Part shown: one piece after another, positions 58,365 through 64,000 of the stretch
Numbering within the stretch: position 1 is the stretch's first letter
How the letters are laid out: every line of letters begins with the position of its first letter
The notes under the pieces: generated by a model
What the model was told of the DNA's origin: nothing
The model's input: only the letters and a program-made list of their open reading frames with translations
Databases searched by the model: none
Translations under genes and position numbers: made by a program
Assembly (NCBI RefSeq): GCF_009914755.1
Contig: NC_060926.1
DNA length: 64,000 nucleotides
DNA from: the human T2T-CHM13v2.0 reference genome, Homo sapiens
Direction: 5' to 3' (one strand)

Positions 58365-58377
58365 TCATTTGAATTTA

Positions 58378-58614
58378 AATTAGTACAGCCTTTATGGAAA
58401 ACAGTATGGAGATTTCTCAAAGAACTAAAAATAGAACTACCCGGCGATCCCACTAACTGGGTACCTACCCAAAGGGAATGTCTTTATCCATTCCTCCATT
58501 GGTGGATACTTAGGTTGATTCTATCTCTTTGCTGTTGTGAGTAGTGCTACAGTAAACACACAAATGCAGGTATCTTTTGGATATAATGACTTCATTCCCT
58601 TTGGGTAGGTACCC
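58378..58614. mobile_element. L1PB-type pieces in opposite orientations (58378-58480 +, 58481-58614 -)
   Basis: + piece TATGGAAAACAGTATGGAGATTTCTCAAAGAACTAAAAATAGAACTACC; - piece TCTTTATCCATTCCTCCATTGGTGGATACTTAGGTTGATTC. Confidence 0.88.
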
Positions 58615-58733
58615 ATAAACAATGCTGCAATGAACCTCCATGTATGCGTCTGCAGGAATGGCTTAGTAAGAAAATTTTGACAAATAAAAATACCAGGCTA
58701 AGTGTGTACACTTTAAATTTATGATATTATTCT

Positions 58734-59056
<323 letters not shown>

Positions 59057-59701
59057 TTACACTCAATTTAATTGACTAGGTTTAAAAACCTTCAAGTATT
59101 TTGTTATGAGAAATGAATTTTTGAATAATGTAGCAATATTCTAAAAATGAATTTTATTTTAAATATTTATTCTAAAAATATGGATTTCAGAATATTGCAT
59201 AAATTGTTTTCAACTAAAGTTTTCAAAAAACATTTTAAAAAGTAGATTAGAACAAATACATATGAAGTACATATTATATAATATTTTTGGAAAAATACAG
59301 AATATCAGGGGAAAAAAGATAACACATGCCAAATTTAAAAAAAAAAGATTAGCTTCATTGCTATACTGTTTCTAGTTTGTATATCCACAGTTATTATGAT
59401 AAAATGTCCAAGAAGAATCTCTAGTGTACATGGTCAGCCAAACCAAAATCAGTGCTTTCCAATCCGTTACTTTTTAAAAAACAATGGTAGTTTTTTTGTT
59501 AACTGTATTGTAATTTTAACCTCCAGCATACACATTCATTGACATTAAAGATGCTGGGTGGGCTGGTTGGCGAGAACAACTACTTAGGCTCTTGAGGCCC
59601 CTGTGAAGGACCCCAGGGTTCCAGGAAACGCATGTTGAAAACTGCTTTCGAAATATATCTGTTGGAGTATATAGGAATTAGGGAGGTAGCCCCAAAGGAA
59701 C

Positions 59702-59870
59702 TTTTTTTATTTTTTGACAGAGTCTCGCTCTGTCACCCAGGCTGAAGTGCAGTGGCGGGATCTCAGCTCAGCGCAACCTCCACCTCCCAGGTTCAAGAGA
59801 TTCTCCCACCTATTACAGGCGCGCACCACCACACACACAAAAATAATTTTTTGTATTTGGTAGACACAGG
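59702..59870 (-). mobile_element. Partial Alu right arm with deletion
   Basis: GACAGAGTCTCGCTCTGTCACCCAGGCTG; GGAACTTTT on both flanks. Confidence 0.88.
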
Positions 59871-60079
59871 GGAACTTTTCTTTTATACTACCAAAATTAC
59901 GGACCTAGAACTAGGCTTATGGATCATCTATTCTGAATCCAGAGAGAAGTACACAGTGAAATTAAACTTTTCCACAGGTCCTATGATTAGTTGGCATTCC
60001 CTTCATTGGCACCTAATCATGTAGTCACATTTACACAAAACCATCTCTTGTTGCAAAGCACATGTTTGCTGGAGTGGAG

Positions 60080-60330
60080 TGAACTAAGAGGAGCCCCAGG
60101 GCATCAGGGTTAGCACATGTGCCCCAGAACCAGGTTGCCCTGCCTTTGCATCCTGGTTTGGCAACTTCTTTTCCCCATGACCTTGTTAATTTTCTCTCTC
60201 TGTACCTCAGTTTCTCATGTGAAAATAATATCTGCCTTTCAGGGTGGTTGTGAGAATTAAATAATACGTGAACACTTCAAATAGTGTTTGACACATGGTA
60301 AGTTTTCAGAAGATACTAACAACTATGGCT
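60080..60330 (+). mobile_element. MIR
   Basis: CTCTGTACCTCAGTTTCTCATGTGAAAATAAT...GGTTGTGAGAATTAAAT...GACACATGGTAAG. Confidence 0.75.
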
Positions 60331-60488
60331 GCCACTAATAGGCGTCTCAGATCAAATGCATTTTCAAATGTAATTAAAATCCAAAGGATCTTATAAAATC
60401 TACAGTTACCTAATAGCATGTGAACATAAATTAAGCGTAGACAAATGCAGAAATAATTGTTCTTAATGTAAGACTGTCTTTTCTAGAC

Positions 60489-60650
60489 CACTGCTTCGTA
60501 AACATTAATGGGCATGTCAGTTACCTGGGGGAGCTTATCAAAAAACAGATTCTGGTTTCTCACTTGCAAAAGATGGGGCGGGGCGCGAGACACAGGATTC
60601 TGCATTTCTGATAAGTCCCAAGCTGCTGCTGCTGCTGCTGCTTCCTCTGA
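60489..60650. mobile_element. MER5A-like hAT MITE containing (GCT)7 at 60622-60642
   Basis: CACTGCTTC...TTACCTGGGGGAGCTT...AAAACAGATTCTGG...TCTGCATTTCTGATAAGTCCCA. Confidence 0.7.
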
Positions 60651-61905
60651 GGAGGAAGCAAAGCTCTAGAGCCATCTAATAGCATCTAACTTTATTTTGT
60701 TAAAACCTACGTTAATGCTGGTAGTTATCTATCATAAAGGAAGCAAAGAATATGTGAATTTTAAAACTAGTTTGTTCATAGTTTCTGCCATTGAACCTTT
60801 TAAATATACTGTTCCCGGATATCTTAATCGTTGAGAAGGACCACGTTGTCTATCTCTTCATCTAAGCACTGGACTAATCCCAGCCTGTCAGACATCATGC
60901 ATCCCATTTTCCTTAGGAGTGCAGTACTGCTTTGGGGAACAATTCGTTACTGATGGAATCAGTGCTGGAGGAATTTAAGGAATAAATCGCACCACTTGTC
61001 ATCAGCTTTAAGCATTAAAGTGCAGTGTAAAATAAAGCTTTGGCTCCAGAGCGAGCTTTCACACTTCTGGTCCAACAGGTCACGGGCACTAATTCTTGCT
61101 AAAGCAGCAACTACATCTGAGAGTACTGGTAGGTGCAGGAGGTAGGAGTGGCTGCTTAAATAGTGTTCTCTGAAGTTAGATGGCATCTTGCATATTGGTA
61201 CCACATGCAGGGGAAATGAGTGTGATGGATTGTGTCAGGGGAGCTTTACATAAGGAGAATTGCATAATTGTAGAATTCATACATTTCTGGGGCTGCTTAG
61301 GATCCCATTTCAATGCTCCACTACAGAGGCCAGACCGCAGACTGCACTAGGAGGAAGTTCCTGATTTTTCCTTCACCATGGATGTATCATGGACTGACTG
61401 TCTCCCCATTCAGACTTCTGGAGGCCTTCCTTGCCCCATTGCAGCCCCTGACTCCTCTTCTCCTTCCCCTTTCACAGTACCCGCTGATCCTGCCCACTCT
61501 TAAAATGATTTGGGTGGCTAAACTGTTTTGGGAGGATCCTCAAATTTGTGGTCTTTATTGTGATGTCATGTCAGCCTCTGAGAGACAGAGCTGTTTGGGA
61601 AACCAAGTCAGGAAAAACGAGCCATTGTATCCATTTCATAAATGAAGACAGAGTGGTCATTGTTTGATCTTGCTGAGAATTTCTAGCGCTGTGAGAGAAG
61701 AAAGTCATAGAGTTATCAGAACTTTGAGGCCTTTGGTTGCATATGGAGTTTATTGGATATAGATTTTTTGTTGCTTGGTTTTTCTCAGTCTAAGTGATAA
61801 TAAAAATGATAACTAACATATACATAGCACAATGCCTGGCATTTTCAACATGTTTTCCATCTACTGAGATATTTAACTTGCCAAGCCATCTTAGGTATAC
61901 AGTTA

Positions 61906-62241
61906 CAGTAGTCCTCTGCCTTATCTGGTTTCAGTTACCCACAGTCAACCACGGTCCGAAATATTAAGGGGAAAATTCCAAAAATAAACAACTCATAAGT
62001 TTTAAATTGCATGCAGTTCTGAGTAGTGTGATGAAATCTGGTGGTGTCCCACCCAGCACGTGGACCATCCCTTTGTCCATGGTGTCCATACTGTGTATGC
62101 TACTTGCCCATTAGTCACTTAGTAGCAGCTCCATTATCTGATAGAAATCGATCGTATATATAAGGTTGAGTACTACCTGCAGTTTAAGGCATCCACTGGG
62201 GGTCTTGGAACATATCCCTAGTGGATAAGGGAGAATACTAC
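61906..62241 (+). mobile_element. MER44A (Tigger7-type) inserted into a MIR
   Basis: TA|CAGTAGTCCTCTGCCTTATC...GGCATCCACTGGGGGTCTTGGAACATATCCC...GGATAAGGG. Confidence 0.88.
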
Positions 62242-62730
62242 CCCTCCTTTTTCTGACAGAGGATCTGAGGCACAGCAAGCTTAAGATGCCTGTCAGTGGT
62301 CACGTACCAGTAAGTGGAAGCTTCAAATCCAGGCACCCTTGCTCCAGAATCTACGTTCTAACCTCTTCAGTGTTACTCGAGTCTCTTTCCATGATCCCAA
62401 AGCACATCTTAAATAGTCTCCCTTAGAACAGAAAAGTAACAAAGTGAAGAATTAAAGCTGAGATTTTAAAATTGTCTCACACATTGTGTGCTAAAAGAAA
62501 AACTGATTTTAGAGCTAACAATGAGCATAATAAGAGGCAATGTGTCATCAAATCTGTAGCCACAGACACATTGGCAGGAATAACAAAAAACTATATATTC
62601 AATGGACTAATGAACTAAAGCAAGTCAATAATTCTCAGTAAATAAAACTTTTAGTGATGCCTATCACTTAATCTAAAATGATTTTTTAATGTTTTTATTT
62701 TTTGCTACTCTTAAAAGTATAAGCTTAATC

Positions 62731-63019
<289 letters not shown>

Positions 63020-64000
63020 TTAAATGTTCTGGAAAATGTACGTAAGAATCACAAGATAGAGGGTGCCATTATCTCATGGAAATCAAAATCCGTTGATCTG
63101 CAAATGAAAGAAAATTATACATATTTGAACATTTGAATCTTAAGTACCCAGGGATCCCAGTGTCTTTTTATATTGTTAAAATAATTAGATTTCTGATAAG
63201 TAAATTGTTAAAGTAATTAGACATTGTAAGTAAACGGAACAAAGACTTGATAAACGGGACAACTAGTGTGTTGGGAGAATGCCACCTATTGGCGATGTAA
63301 TGTACTACAGCACAGGTAATTTCTTGACTACTCAGGTGTAGAAAGATGGTTTTAAAACATGAGGTCCCAAAGGAAACAGAAGGTGCCACAAAATAAATTG
63401 AAAAATGTTAACAAAGTTTAATGAAACACGAACATTGATCAACATACAGAGGCATGGTCCTCTCAGTGTTGCTAAGAGAGCAGTTTGAAGAGACAGACTT
63501 ACACATCTGAATCAAAAATTCTAGTTCTGGGACTGATGAAAGAGCAAATGGATTTTGTTTAATGCCTATTGAATAAAAGAATAAAGCACAAAGGCATGAT
63601 GTGAATAGGCACTTAGTGAGGATCTGTTGAGTCAAAGCAATGTCAGTATGTATCCAACTTCCTTTGAGAAAGGTAGACTGTGCTATAGGGGAATAGAAGA
63701 TATTTGTCAGTTATTCATACTCCTTTAAATAATGCTAGGAAGAATTATCATTACTGTATATAAATTATATACAGCTTGTGGTTTATAAGAAGAGATAAGT
63801 AAATGATCTGAAATGAAATCTAAATTATTTATAACTTACCTGTTTTCAGTTTTAGTTAAATTACTTACATGTTCTTTATTTTATTATTTATTGAATGCCT
63901 ACTATGTACTAGGCAAACAATTCTGGAACAGGTGTAAAGTTGTATTTAATGAAATGCATAATTAGTATAATTTATTCCTAAATATTATGTATTTTAAATC

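Overview
Primate (by sequence content human) genomic DNA lying entirely inside LTBP1 (latent TGF-beta binding protein 1), + strand. I read eight internal coding exons, all AG/GT-bounded and all phase 1-1: 5214-5339, 32974-33099, 37506-37649, 50734-50916, 51567-51653, 53528-53656, 54354-54494 and 55471-55641. Together they give 1107 nt (369 codons) encoding three cbEGF domains, the TGF-beta-binding 8-Cys domain TB3, two more cbEGF domains and most of TB4. The rest is intron: about 29 Alu/FLAM copies, old L1/L2/MIR, THE1 and ERV1-type LTRs, Tigger/MER/MADE DNA transposons, microsatellites and a 3'-truncated 5S rRNA pseudogene. Most entries in the supplied ORF track are Alu or chance ORFs. I see no convincing new gene or biological system. 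The most unusual structures are: a complex inverted-duplication/deletion in nested L1 fragments (57.5-58.7 kb); a ~240-bp non-tandem local duplication (31.1/31.9 kb); a four-step ladder of in-frame splice acceptors before TB3 with an in-frame alternative donor after it; template-switch-like palindromic scars; and inverted-Alu-flanked exon blocks that would form stop-free circular ORFs if back-spliced. Repeat subfamily names come from remembered consensus sequences, and boundaries of old repeats are approximate.
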